From positions 33,666,001 to 33,730,000 of the forward strand of contig OZ024755.1 of assembly GCA_964016885.1 (NCBI GenBank): a stretch of DNA of 64,000 bases, given 5' to 3'. Of the stretch, positions 1 to 11,801 are shown one piece after another (the first letter of the stretch is position 1; each line of letters begins with the position of its first letter). The notes under the pieces are model-generated. The model was not told where the DNA came from. It was given only the letters and a program-made list of their open reading frames with translations, and did no database searches. This stretch comes from Eledone cirrhosa (Eukaryota). Made by a program: the position numbers and the translations under genes.

Positions 1-371
1 TACAACCTGCCTTTCATTTTTAGGGAGAACCCTTTAGCGGCTAATAGTTGTATAAGCTCTCTGAACTTTTTCCATCCAGTTCTGACTCTAGCTACAGTAC
101 TTTCAGAGCACCCTCCCCCACTGCTGATTTTATCGCCCAGGTAACGGAAGCTGTCCACTATTTCTATAGAACCCTCTGCGCAATTGAAAGAGCTAGTATT
201 TTGTGGGCACTTGCTGCTACTTATTGCACCAGAACACCGGCCACATGTAAAATCTATGTTCTTAGTTAGCTTACCTGTGATCCCACTACATCTTTTATGC
301 ACCCATACTTTGCATTTAGGACATAAAATGGAGTTTCTACCTACGCCATTCCTACACACCGAGCACGACCA
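1..371 (-). mobile_element. RTE-clade LINE ORF fragment: PHD-type finger followed by RT thumb region; frame runs off the window
   Basis: My translation from 371 leftward is open: WSCSVCRNGVGRNSILCPKCKVWVHKRCSGITGKLTKNIDFTCGRC...EIVDSFRYLGDKISSGGGCSESTVARVRTGWKKFRELIQLL. This gives C4HC3 spacing, then the RTE-type FxYLG and R..GWKKF motifs. Confidence 0.85.
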
Positions 372-553
372 TTATATATATATATATATATATGTACATA
401 TATATATATATGTATATATATATGTATATATATATATCACGACAAATTAAGGGAGGCATAGGCCCTCGCTATTCCCTGTAAATAATGTGCTCAAAGGAGA
501 AGAGATCCTGAGCTCTTTAAAATACAATATGTTGAGTGTGTTACCTTCTCAAC

Positions 554-589
<36 letters not shown>

Positions 590-627
590 TATATATATAT
601 ATATGTATATATGTACATATGAACATA

Positions 628-695
<68 letters not shown>

Positions 696-794
696 AATAT
701 ATATATGAATATACATACATGTTAGCAAGTTTGAGTATGAGTGAGTTTGTATACATGCGTGTGTATAGATGTATAGAGTGCCTTTATATAAGAT

Positions 795-935
795 AATTGT
801 TTCTACTTTAGGCACAAGGTGAGCAATTATCCCAGTGTATTACTGGTACTTTATTTTATCGACCCCGTAAGGATGAAAGGCAAAGCTAACCCCAGACCGT
901 AAAGGGCCGTAACTCTTTGCTGCAAAGCACGGCAG
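795..935 (-). mobile_element. SINE family B, partial
   Basis: aattgtttctactttaggcacaagg...ttatcgaccccgtaaggatgaaaggc matches the other family B copies. Confidence 0.8.
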
Positions 936-1105
936 ATAATGTGAGTTAAAGAGCTGAGGCAAGTTACATATACACATATAAATATGTGACTATATACATG
1001 TGTCTAACTGTATATATACATATACACCTTCTGTCCACTCACATGCATTTAACTTTAAACAGATCAGTCTAATCCCATACATACATACATATATATATAT
1101 ATACA

Positions 1106-1729
1106 GGTGGGTGCTATAGAAGTGGTTGATAGCTTCCGGTACCTAGGTGATCAGATTAGCATGGGAGGGGCATGTTACGAGGCCATAGTATCTAGAATAA
1201 GGACGGGTTGGAAGAAGTTTAGGGAGCTGCTTCCTTTGTAGACAAACAAGGGTTTCTCCTTGCGTACAAAAGGCTGGTTATATGATGCCTGTGTGAGATG
1301 CGTAAGGCTGCATGGCAGCAACTATGGAGGATATGAAACAAGCATGCTCCGTTGGATGTGCAATGTCAATGTACGTGAATGACCAAGCATAGACGAGTTG
1401 AGAGAGAAACTGGGTGTAAGAGGGATAGGCTGTAGTGTGTGGGAGAGAAGACTGTGATGGTATGGACATGTGATGCACATGGAGGATGACCGCTGGGTAA
1501 AGAAGTGCCAAGAGATCCCAGTATAAGGAAGAGGCAGTAGAGGAAGACCACGAAAAACATGGGCGGAGGTGGTGAGAGCTGACCTCAGATCGCTGAAACT
1601 CACGGTGGAGATGACGAAGGACCGTGACAAGTGGAAAGACGCTGTGCTGTGCTGAATAGGACCCGTCCCACCCTTGCAAGCAGGGAAAAGCGGACGTAAA
1701 ATGATGATGATGATGATGATGATGATGAT
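1106..1729 (+). mobile_element. RTE LINE (family A), 5'-truncated 3' end with (GAT)n tail
   Basis: EVVDSFRYLGDQIS...RIRTGWKKFRELLPL*...WYGHVMHMEDD with stops; ends cccgtcccacccttgcaagcagggaaaagcggacgtaaaat(gat)n. Confidence 0.9.
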
Positions 1730-1823
1730 ACATACAGACATCTTATATTATCAAATTATATATATATATATATATACATATATATATGTATAAGTATATA
1801 TATGTATATATATATAATATATC

Positions 1824-1825
<2 letters not shown>

Positions 1826-1866
<41 letters not shown>

Positions 1867-2130
1867 AATATTGTGTACAGTGCTTAGGTGCACTACAACT
1901 CATCAAAAAGTGTATGTATAGTACATAGGGTAATGTACAAACGTCAGGAAAATGAACAGTGCATGAGTCATGATATACACATGCGTGCATGTGTATGGAA
2001 GGGATACATCAGGTGTAGTTTTGGCGTATTTCGGGAAGCATGGGTGTTTTAAAGGATGCAGTGTCTTGGCAGCTAACAACTGATGCAGGCAGTTTGTTCC
2101 ATGCTTCAGCAACTCTGAGCGTGAAAGAAT
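1826..2130 (-). mobile_element. CR1-type LINE 3' end with (TTA)n tail; 3'UTR copies also at ~39983-40050 and ~48253-48418
   Basis: Minus strand reads SFTLRVAEAWNKLPASVVSCQDTASFK, the CR1 C-terminal RV...WNxLP motif. Confidence 0.8.
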
Positions 2131-2345
2131 GTAATAAACACAGTAAATCATGTGTCTAAAATTACGAGGGTTGAAATAGCACGTTGGTTTGACAAATTTA
2201 ACCAGAAGCAAACGGAAAATACAGAAAATATACAGAGTGTAATAGTTATTGAGACAGTCTGTATATTTTCTGTATTTCCCGTTTGCTTCTGGTTAAATTT
2301 GTTCAACCCTCGTAATTTTAGACACATGTTTACTGTGTTTATTAC
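2131..2345. repeat. Fold-back inverted repeat, ~90-bp arms
   Basis: gtaataaacacagtaaa...aaatatacaga is mirrored by tctgtatattttc...tttactgtgtttattac; the left arm carries a ~17-nt insertion. Confidence 0.9.
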
Positions 2346-2386
2346 TAAATATATTATTACATATATATATATACATATATTATTAT

Positions 2387-2575
2387 ATAATTGTTTCTAC
2401 TATTGGCACAAGGCCAGCAATTACCCAGTACATTACTGGTACTTTATTTTATCGACCCCGTAAGGATGAAAGGTAAAGTTAACCTTGGCGGGATTTGAAC
2501 ACAGAATGGCAAGGGCCGTAACTCTATGCGTCAAAGCATGGCGTCCGACCCTCTACCGATAGTGCCAATTCACCA
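2387..2575 (-). mobile_element. SINE family B, near full length
   Basis: tRNA-like A/B boxes (tggcactatcggtag; gttcaaatccc) on the minus strand plus the family B body. Confidence 0.85.
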
Positions 2576-2719
2576 TTATTATAAAATTGTTTCTACTTTT
2601 GGCACAAGGCCAGCAAATTACCCAGTGTATTACTGGTACTTTATTATATAATGCTCCGTATTTATACTTTGAGCTTGTTAATTACAGGGTATCAATAGGA
2701 GTTATTAACTCCTTTTATT

Positions 2720-2759
<40 letters not shown>

Positions 2760-3232
2760 TATATGTATATATATACATATACATATGTGTATATACAAAT
2801 GTGTAAATGTGTGTGTATATATATTTATATATATATATATACAGTCATATATATATATATATATATATAGTCACTTATATATTATGAAATACTGTTGGCT
2901 TCACGCTCACAACAAATTCTATACTTTCATTTATATATATACGTATGTGTATACACAAATGTGTAAATGCATGTGTGTGTATATATATATATATATACAT
3001 ATGTATGTGTATATACAAATGTGTAAATGTGTGTGTGTGTATGTATATATATATATTTACAGATTATATATATATGTATATATATATGTATATATATATA
3101 TATATGTAGGAGGTGAGTTTTATTGTAGTACAATAAAGCAATGCAGATATCGGATAAGAAGCACTCTACAGTTTGTAGGACTGGAGTATAGATAATATAT
3201 AAGATCAAAAGATGGTTAAAAGAGTTCCGTGT

Positions 3233-3301
3233 ATTTTATTATGCGCATTTCAAAAACAAATATCATCATGCAATAACATTTGTGTTTTCATCAGATAAAA
3301 T
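3233..3301 (-). ncRNA. Type I hammerhead ribozyme inside a ~260-bp insert (3106-3368) between (TA)n tracts
   Basis: Minus strand: auuuuau CUGAUGA [acaaauguua/ugauauuugu stem II] GAA AUGCGCAU A auaaaau; 7-bp stem I, AUA site. Confidence 0.85.
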
Positions 3302-3365
3302 AGGAAGATATGAAGGTTAAAAACACTTGTGGATAGTGCAATTTTAAATCAACATATATTTTGAT

Positions 3366-3437
<72 letters not shown>

Positions 3438-3928
3438 AGGGGAGAGGAAACAAACATATATACACTTGTGTATAAAAGTAGGTGCTGGAAATATACATAT
3501 AAGCATCTGAGAGGAAGTAGAGAAGTAATTTGCCAATTGAAATCTGTTTTGGTAACTATTCCATCGTATATCCTTACGGGGTCGATAAAATAAAGTACCA
3601 GTAATGCACTGGGTAATTGCTGGCCTTGTGCCTAAAGTAGAAACAATTATTACTTTTACATGGCAAATATATCTGATACTAAAACATAGAAATGCTTAAA
3701 TAGAGACTTATTCAAAACATCATTATGCTATTTCTCATAATCATAATTATCATCATCATCACCACAACTACTGCCGGCACTCCAACATCCACCAACACCA
3801 CCATTGGAATTAGAAGCAGCGCAGCACAACAACAGCGCTTTTGCACATATACACATGCAAGTAGGTTCACATACATGTATGAATGACTCTATGATTGTAT
3901 GGTCTATCTCTCTCTCTATATATATCTA

Positions 3929-4284
3929 TGGAGGCACATGGCTTAGTGGCTAGAGCATTGGCCTTGCAATCGAAAGGTTGTGAGTTCAATTCTCAGACCG
4001 GGTGATGTGTTGTTTCCTTGAGCAAGACACTTTATTTCACGTTACTCCAGTTTACTCAGCTGTAGAAATGAGATGATAGGGACTGGGGTCCCTATCATTC
4101 CACTGCAAAGTGGTCGTGGAGGTGCCAGAGCAAAAAAGCACCCAGCACTCACTGTAAATGAGGTTGGTGTTAGGAAGGGCATCCAGCTGTAGAAATCAAG
4201 CCAGAATCAGTTCCCGTCCCACCCTTGCATGCAGGGAATAGTGGACGTAAAATGAAATGATGATGATGATGATGATGATGATGA
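3929..4284 (+). mobile_element. SINE family A, full length (tRNA-derived head, RTE-A-derived tail)
   Basis: Box A tggcttagtgg, box B gttcaattc, ccttgagcaagacactt body; tail matches the LINE end at ~1660-1729; (GAT)n. Confidence 0.9.
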
Positions 4285-4406
4285 TAGGGCGGTGAATTGG
4301 CAGTATCGGTAGAGGGTCGGACGCCATGCTTTGACGCATAGAGTTATGGCCCTTGTCATTCTGAGTTCAAATCCTGCCGAGGTTAACTTTGCCTTTCATC
4401 CTTACA
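4285..4406 (+). mobile_element. SINE family B, 5' half
   Basis: agggcggtgaattggcagtatcggtag...gttcaaatcc...gcctttcatccttac. Confidence 0.85.
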
Positions 4407-4850
4407 GAGATAACAACTCTTAGTTTCCTTGATGTAAGGTCTGGTTCTTCCAAATCATCTTATGTGTGACTCCTTTCTCCATTAATTGCCAGGTTTATAC
4501 TGGTTCATTCCTGAAGGAGTGGATATGCGAGTGAAAACATTGTTTAAAATGATCTTGTTTGATACAAACGTATCTCTTGCTAACTTCAGAATTTTCTTTG
4601 ATGTTGTGTGTAATCTCAGCCTTATACAGAACGATTTGATATAACATTTCTGTTGGAGAGGGCAGTTCTCTTTAATCTTACAAAAGTAGCTTGGATTTAC
4701 ATCAGGTTTATTCTTTGCAGTAACTTTTGATCTCATAGATGGGCCAAATGAATAGGATATCTTGACAGAATTGTGATTGAATATTTTACTATATCTATAT
4801 TGTGGTGGGAAATGTCTATCTATTAAATCTAGAAACTTTTTAAGGGAAAA
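4400..4850 (-). pseudogene. Penelope-like element ORF remnant: RT C-terminal region, Cys linker and GIY-YIG endonuclease, frameshifted
   Basis: KFLDLIDRHFP...KIFNHNSVKISYS...CKIKENCPLQQKC; in shifted frames VLYKAEI...KRYVCI..DHFKQCFHSHIHSFRNE and RPYIKETKSCYLCK, the layout typical of Neptune-type PLEs. Confidence 0.8.
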
Positions 4851-6020
4851 GTTTAAATAATCCAATTTACCACACCCCTGAAAAATCCAATTTAAACGAT
4901 TAAAAAAACTAATTAAAAGTTTACAATTAAAAATATTCCAATTAAAAATAAACAACAATTAAAACAACAATTCTAAAAATCGAATTAAAAAATCCTTTTC
5001 TATAAAAAAATCCAATTATGAAAAGTCATAGATTCCAATTAAAAAATCAGATTGATTGATTTAATCAAATCAATAAAAAAAACAACATCCCATTAAAAAT
5101 CCCATTACAAATATAAAAAAAACAAATAAAAATCCCATTAAAAATAGGATTAATATATCCAACTAAAAAAGCAAACTTTAAAAAATCAAGTTTAAATGCA
5201 ATTAAAAATCCCAATTAAATAACCTATTTAAAAAACTAATTAAATCAACCAGATATAAAAACGAATCAAAATCAAATTAAAAAATATCCAATTAAAAATC
5301 CCATTGAAACAATAACAATTAAAATAATTCAAATTGACAAATCCCAATTAAAAAGATCAATTAAAAATATCCAATGAAAAAAATTTTAAATATCCAATTA
5401 ATAACTCAAAAAACTAAATTCAATTTTAAAATATCCAAATATAAAAATTCCAATTAAAAACAATCCAATAAAAACCTAATTAAAAAAAATCCAAATAAAA
5501 ACACCAAATTAAAAAAACAATTAAAATAGATTCCAATTATAAAAATCCTATTAAAAAATTAATTTTATTAATCGAATAAAAAATCCAAATAAAAATATCC
5601 ATTTGAAAAAAACTAAAAAAATTCCAATTAATAAATTCAATTTAAAATCAATTAAGAAATCCAATAAAAAGACTTAAAATATACCCAATTAAAAGGAATT
5701 AATATAACAAATTAAAAGAATCCAATTAGAAACTAAATTTTAAAACATCCAAATAAAAACATCCAATTGAAAAAATTCAATAAGCAAATCAAATTAAAAA
5801 CAATTAAAAAATTCAAATTTTAATAATCCAATAAAAAATTTTTTTAAATCATATAAAAATACAAAATTAATTTTCCAATAAAAATATAGAATTAAGAAAA
5901 GTAATTCTGAAAAAATCCAATTAAAAATCCAATTTAAAAAATCTAATTAAACAAATCCAATTAGAAACACTAATAAATTCAACAAAAACATACCAATTAC
6001 AAAAAAATCCAGTTAAAAAT
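4851..6020. repeat. Degenerate A-rich satellite with ~11-13-bp core AAAATCCAATT
   Basis: The motif recurs dozens of times with indels; almost no G on the + strand. Confidence 0.8.
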
Positions 6021-6250
6021 ACAATCATTGGGTATGACACCGTTTTGTATTACTTGGTTTACAATATGGGTGACCTTGGTGTGATCCACCATCCCAGATG
6101 CTTTCAGCATCTTGGGAACTATCCTTGAAGGTCCAGATGTTTTGCCTGTCTTCATATTCTTGATTGCCTTACTTACTATACTACTGCTGACTTGCACATC
6201 TGCTGCCTCTGTTGGGTCAAACTATCCATACATATATCCAATATATATAA
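6021..6250 (-). mobile_element. RTE LINE RT N-terminal fragment
   Basis: SIVSKAIKNMKTGKTSGPSRIVPKMLKA...VIPND resembles the conserved KxGKAxGPDxI..E.LK motif. A similar relic lies at ~18850-19065. Confidence 0.8.
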
Positions 6251-6305
6251 TATCTGTGGTGCCAAATACCAGCTAAAACTGCTAGGCATTGTGGTTGGGT
6301 TTTTA

Positions 6306-6532
<227 letters not shown>

Positions 6533-6757
6533 AACTGGCATGGTTTGGCCACGTCACATGACATGACATCATGCAAGGCACCGTTGAGGGTGGATGCAGG
6601 AGGGGGACGCCAAAGCAAAAACTGGTTCAACAATGTCAAAGAATGGACACAAATGACGACCGCAGTTGATAGACTATTTTGAGTGTATGCTGCTTAAAAG
6701 GATCCCCCCACCCCACCCCACCGACGACTACAGAGGCCAAGGGACCGATGATGATTA

Positions 6758-6760
<3 letters not shown>
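6533..6760 (+). mobile_element. RTE/BovB-like LINE 3' end, distinct family
   Basis: LAWFGHVT*HD..MQGTVEGG..GRQSKNWFNNVKEWT, then a short UTR and gat repeats. Confidence 0.75.
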
Positions 6761-6792
<32 letters not shown>

Positions 6793-7042
6793 ATAAATTT
6801 TCACAGTAACACAAAAATGGTGACGCCTCATCAAGATTGTCATTTGGATCCAATGATGATTTTGATGAAAGTTATACAAATCATATTCTATCTGGATTTG
6901 AAACATATCAAATTATTGGTGGAGCTCTTGAAATGCCAGTTACCACTAAAGAAATTGAATGAGCCATGAAGTCTGATACTGATAATATTCAAATTAAACT
7001 ATTTGTCAATAGTGGCTTGGCCAAATAAAAAAAAAATAAATA

Positions 7043-7652
7043 TTTACCCTTTAACATTTCCATTACTCTATATTTACTATTATATTTTCACGGTAAAGGC
7101 TTTACCTCACATGATATCAAATCTATGAGGTTTTGATATTATTTATTTTGAGAACAATACCTTAACATCAGTATGAGTGGCTGGTTACAGCCAGTTTAAA
7201 CAGAAAGAGGTGAGAGAATTCTGGCCGGATATGGCCAGTTTAACCCTTTACCATTTACATTACTCTATATTTACTATTATATTTTCACGGTAAAGGCTTT
7301 ACCTCACATGATATCAAATCTATGAGGTTTTGATATTATTTATTTTGAGAACAATACCTTAACATCAGTATGAGTGGCTGGTTACAGCCAGTTTAAACAG
7401 AAAGAGGTGAGAGAATTCTGGCCGGATATGGCCAGTTTAACCCTTTACCATTTACATTACTCTATATTTACTATTATATTTTCACGGTAAAGGCTTTACC
7501 TCACATGATAGCAAATCTATGAGGTTTTGATATTATTTATTTTGAGAACAATACCTTAACATCAGTATGAGTGGTAGGTTACAGCCAGTTTAATCAGAAA
7601 GAGGTGAGAGAATTCTGACCGGATACGGCCAGTTTTAATGCTAGAGGGTTAA
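7043..7652 (+). mobile_element. piggyBac-type MITE, head-to-tail trimer (197-bp period)
   Basis: Family termini TTAA|CCCTTTAGCATTTA...TAAATGCTAAAGGG|TTAA; internal junctions at 7240-7243 and 7437-7440 lack the right terminus. Confidence 0.85.
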
Positions 7653-8145
7653 AAAATATTAGATAGAACAATACACAGTTAATTATCATGTGAATTTTTT
7701 TTTTATTTCTCCTAAAGTAATTATTCCTAATATATCAAAAGTAAAATGTTGACTCAAACACATAAAGGTCATCGGTATGAAGGTTGAATGAATCAAATGA
7801 ACCATAAAATATTGCTATTGGCAAATATGCAATCTATAAGTGCTTGTCTAATCATGTATTGAATATCAATCAGTTTCTAATGCACATTATACAAAATACA
7901 GTGAATGGCCAAAAACATGTTGAGCATGACAAAGGATACATATTAACTATGATAGAACATTCTACAATTTCATGGAACCCAGTGTCATTGATTCATTCTC
8001 CAAATGATGTTACATAGACAACTATCAACAATAAAACTAAATTTACATAATCCAAATTCAAACAATTTTGTAATCAAATGAGTATTGCAAATTTAATGTG
8101 ATCTGTTCACCATTCAACTCCAAACTCTGAAGCAGAGAACTTTGT

Positions 8146-8959
8146 TTAACCCTTTACCATTTACATTACTCTATATTTACTATTATATTTTCCCGGTAAA
8201 TGCTTTACCTCACATAATTACCTCACATAATATCAAATCTACGAGATTTTGATATTATTTATTTTCAGAACAATATATTAACGTCAGTATGAACAGCTGG
8301 TTATGGTCGGTTTGAACAGAAAGAGGTGAGAGAATTCTGGTCGGATACAGCCAGGTTAACACTTTAGTATTTACGTTACTCTATATTCACTACAAAGGCT
8401 TTACCTCACATAATATGAAATATGTAAGATTTTGATATTATTTATTTTAAGAACAATATCTTAATGTCAGTATGAGTGGCTGGTTATGGCCGGTTTGAAC
8501 AGAAAGAGATGAGAGAATTCTGGCTAGATATAGCCAGTTTAAATGTTAAAGGGTTAACACTTTAGCATTTAAGTTACTCTATATATACTATTATATTTTC
8601 ACGATAAAAGTTTTACCCCACATAATTATCTCACATAATATCAAATCTGAGATTAACGTCTGTATGAGTGGCTAGTTATGACCGGTTTAAACAGAAAGAG
8701 GTCAGAGAATTCTGGCCGGATATGGCCAATTTAACCCTTTAACATTTACATTATTCTATATTTACTATTATATTTTCATGGTAAAGGCTTTACCTCACAC
8801 AATTATCTCACATAATATCAAATCTATGAGATTTTGATATTATTTATTTTAAAAACAATACCTTAACATCAGTATGAGTTGCCAGTTACAGCTGGTTTGA
8901 ACAGAAAGAGGTGAGAGAATTCTGGCTGGATATGGCCAGTTTAAATGCTAATGGGTTAA
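8146..8959 (+). mobile_element. piggyBac-type MITE tetramer with diverged units
   Basis: Four units joined at TTAA; a full right TIR appears only after units 2 and 4. Confidence 0.85.
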
Positions 8960-9265
8960 AAATCCAAATAGACTGTAGGAATATTACCAGAATCAGATTT
9001 GGATATAAGACTGTTCAGCATTATTGCATTCAAAATTAATACATATCAGTTTGAAGAAAATTTATCATATATTATTTTTTTCATTATATTCTAATCCTTA
9101 TTTACTATTTTATAGCAATTTTATAACAACTCTACAAATTTATTCAGTAATTCAATTATAAAGACTTACTTTTTAACTATTTATCCAATATTTGTTTCTA
9201 CTTTAGGCACAAGGCCAGCAAATTACCCAGTTCATTACTGGTACTTTTATTATCAACACTAACTA

Positions 9266-9693
9266 AGGGTGGTTGATTGGCAGTATCGGTAGAGGGTCGG
9301 ACGCCATGCTTTCCAGCATAGTTACGTCCCTTTACGATCTGAGTTCAAATCCCGCCGAGGTTGAATTTGCCTTTCATCCTTACGGGGTCGATAAAATAAA
9401 GTACCAGTAATGCACTGGGTATTTGCTGGCCTTGTGCCAAAAGTAGAAACAATTATTATGAGTTCAAATCCCGCCGAGGTTGACTTTGCCTTTCATCCTT
9501 ACGGGGTCGATAAAATAAAGTACCAGTAATGCACTGGGTATTTGCTGGCCTTGTGCCAAAAGTAGAAACAATTATTATGAGTTCAAATCCCGCTGAGGTT
9601 GACTTTGCCTTTCATCCTTACGGGGTCGATAAAATAAAGTACCAGTAATGCACTGGGTAATTGCTGGCCTTGTGCCTAAAGTAGAAACAATTA
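9266..9693 (+). mobile_element. SINE family B with its 3' 119 bp triplicated
   Basis: gagttcaaatcccgccgagg...agtagaaacaattat occurs three times. Confidence 0.9.
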
Positions 9694-9848
9694 TCCACAC
9701 TAACTGTTGAGGAAAAGTACTTTTGAATTGATGGCATTAGTGTTCAACATCCATATATGTATATATAACTGTTGCATTGTTAAATGAAGTGCACAATTGG
9801 AAAAACTGTAGAAATAGGCAATAACGCTATGGCAGTAGCTTTCATAGT

Positions 9849-9911
9849 TGTCATATTCCAGGTGTGAAGACTGAATTATAGAAGACAGTATTCACACCTG
9901 GAATATGACAT
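9849..9911. repeat. Hairpin with ~25-bp arms next to a TA/CA tract
   Basis: tgtcatattccaggtgtgaagactg / cagtattcacacctggaatatgaca. Confidence 0.9.
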
Positions 9912-9947
9912 CCTTTTTGAAACTTCAATACCTTGTTGTTATATTCA

Positions 9948-10027
9948 ATATATATATATACACATGCATTTAAATCCACATATACACACACACGCACACA
10001 CACATATATATATATACACACAGATGC

Positions 10028-10059
<32 letters not shown>

Positions 10060-10762
10060 ATATACACACACAGATATATATATACACATATGTATATATG
10101 TATATATGTAAAAAGTAAACAGAAATAATACATATGTATAAATATACACACACATATATATATACACACACACACATATATATATATGTATATATGTAAA
10201 AAGTAAACAGATATAATACATATGTATAAATATACACACACACACACACATATATATATATACACATATATATGTATATATGTAAAAAGTAAACAGATAT
10301 AATACATATGTATAAATATAATGGGAAACCTTTCTTGCAAAGATTGCAAGAAATTATTTGTTAGTCTAAATAGTATTCCTATGAAAATAAATTTGTTTTC
10401 TTAAATTAAATCTAAAGAAAACTTTAAAATTATTTTAGGGAATCTCTGTGTGTGTGTGAGTGTGTGTGTGTGAGTGTATGTGTGTGTAGGTGTGTGTGGG
10501 GGCATTCTAAGACAATAATATTGGTAGAAAAACTCAAGAGAAAGAAATGGTAATAAGTTATAATAATAATAATAATAATAATAGTAGTAATAGTAATAAT
10601 AATAATAATATATATATCTATAAACACACTCACATATATACATACATATATATATGGATGTATGTGTGAGATTGTATATATTGTATATACATATATGTGT
10701 GTCTGTTTGTAGATATATATTATATATATATATATATATATACACATATATGTGTGTGTGTT

Positions 10763-10820
<58 letters not shown>

Positions 10821-10948
10821 TATATATATATATATACACACACATATATGTGTGTGTATTTGTATGTATATATTGTATAAATATATATATATATATATGT
10901 GTGTGTGTGAGATTGCATATATTGAATATACATATATGTGTGTGTGTT

Positions 10949-11004
<56 letters not shown>

Positions 11005-11016
11005 TGTGTGTGTGTT

Positions 11017-11060
<44 letters not shown>

Positions 11061-11186
11061 TATATATACACACACACATATATGTGTGTGTATTTGTATG
11101 TATATATTGTATAAATATATATATATCTGTGTGTGTGTGTGTGAGATTTGCATATATTGAATATACATATATGTGTGTGTGTTTGT

Positions 11187-11233
<47 letters not shown>
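9948..11233. repeat. Compound (TA)/(CA)/(TG) microsatellites with higher-order duplicated blocks
   Basis: aaaagtaaacaga..taatacatatg occurs three times; gagattgcatatattgaatatacat-type blocks recur about every 240 bp. Confidence 0.9.
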
Positions 11234-11236
<3 letters not shown>

Positions 11237-11801
11237 TGGGTGGGGGAGGGGTGCAGAAACACACATGTAGTGGTAGCAGCAGTAGTAGAAATTACAATAA
11301 AATGGTTGAAAAATAACTGCAATAAAATATAAAAGGTAATATGATAAAACTAAGAGCTTCAAAAAAAAAAAAAAAAAAAAAAAAGGAAACGAATGAAAGA
11401 AAAGAAGGAAAGAAAGAGAGAAGGAAATAGTGGTAAAAAAAAAACCCACAAAGTAAAAGAAAGAGACAAAGAAGAAGAAAGTAGGAGAGGAGCTAAAGAT
11501 GAAAGATCTTTGGTTTTATTTGTTTCCATTGGCAGACAGTAAGTCCCCAGCTGAAAATTATCCAAGAGGCTTAGAAAAGCAATTTAGTAAAAATAAATTA
11601 TTAGTTGAGTATGATCAGAGAAGTAACATAATGAAAGAAGAAGGAAGGAAGAAAGGAAGTAAGAGAGTGGTGGTGGTGGTGGGGGGGGGGGGGGGGTGAG
11701 AGAGACAAAATGTTGTGCTGTGAAATAAAATTCATCCACTCAACTACAACAACTATAATATCAGCAACAATAAGTTCAAACTTTTCTACATCACTCTGAT
11801 A

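Noticed and set aside
3929-4000. tRNA gene
   Set aside because: SINE head: no proper acceptor stem, and it continues into a multi-copy body.
6800-8010. Protein-like snippets (LEMPVTTKEIE*AMKS; IAIGKYAIYKC)
   Set aside because: Probably very old L1/Tx1 debris, too degraded to call.
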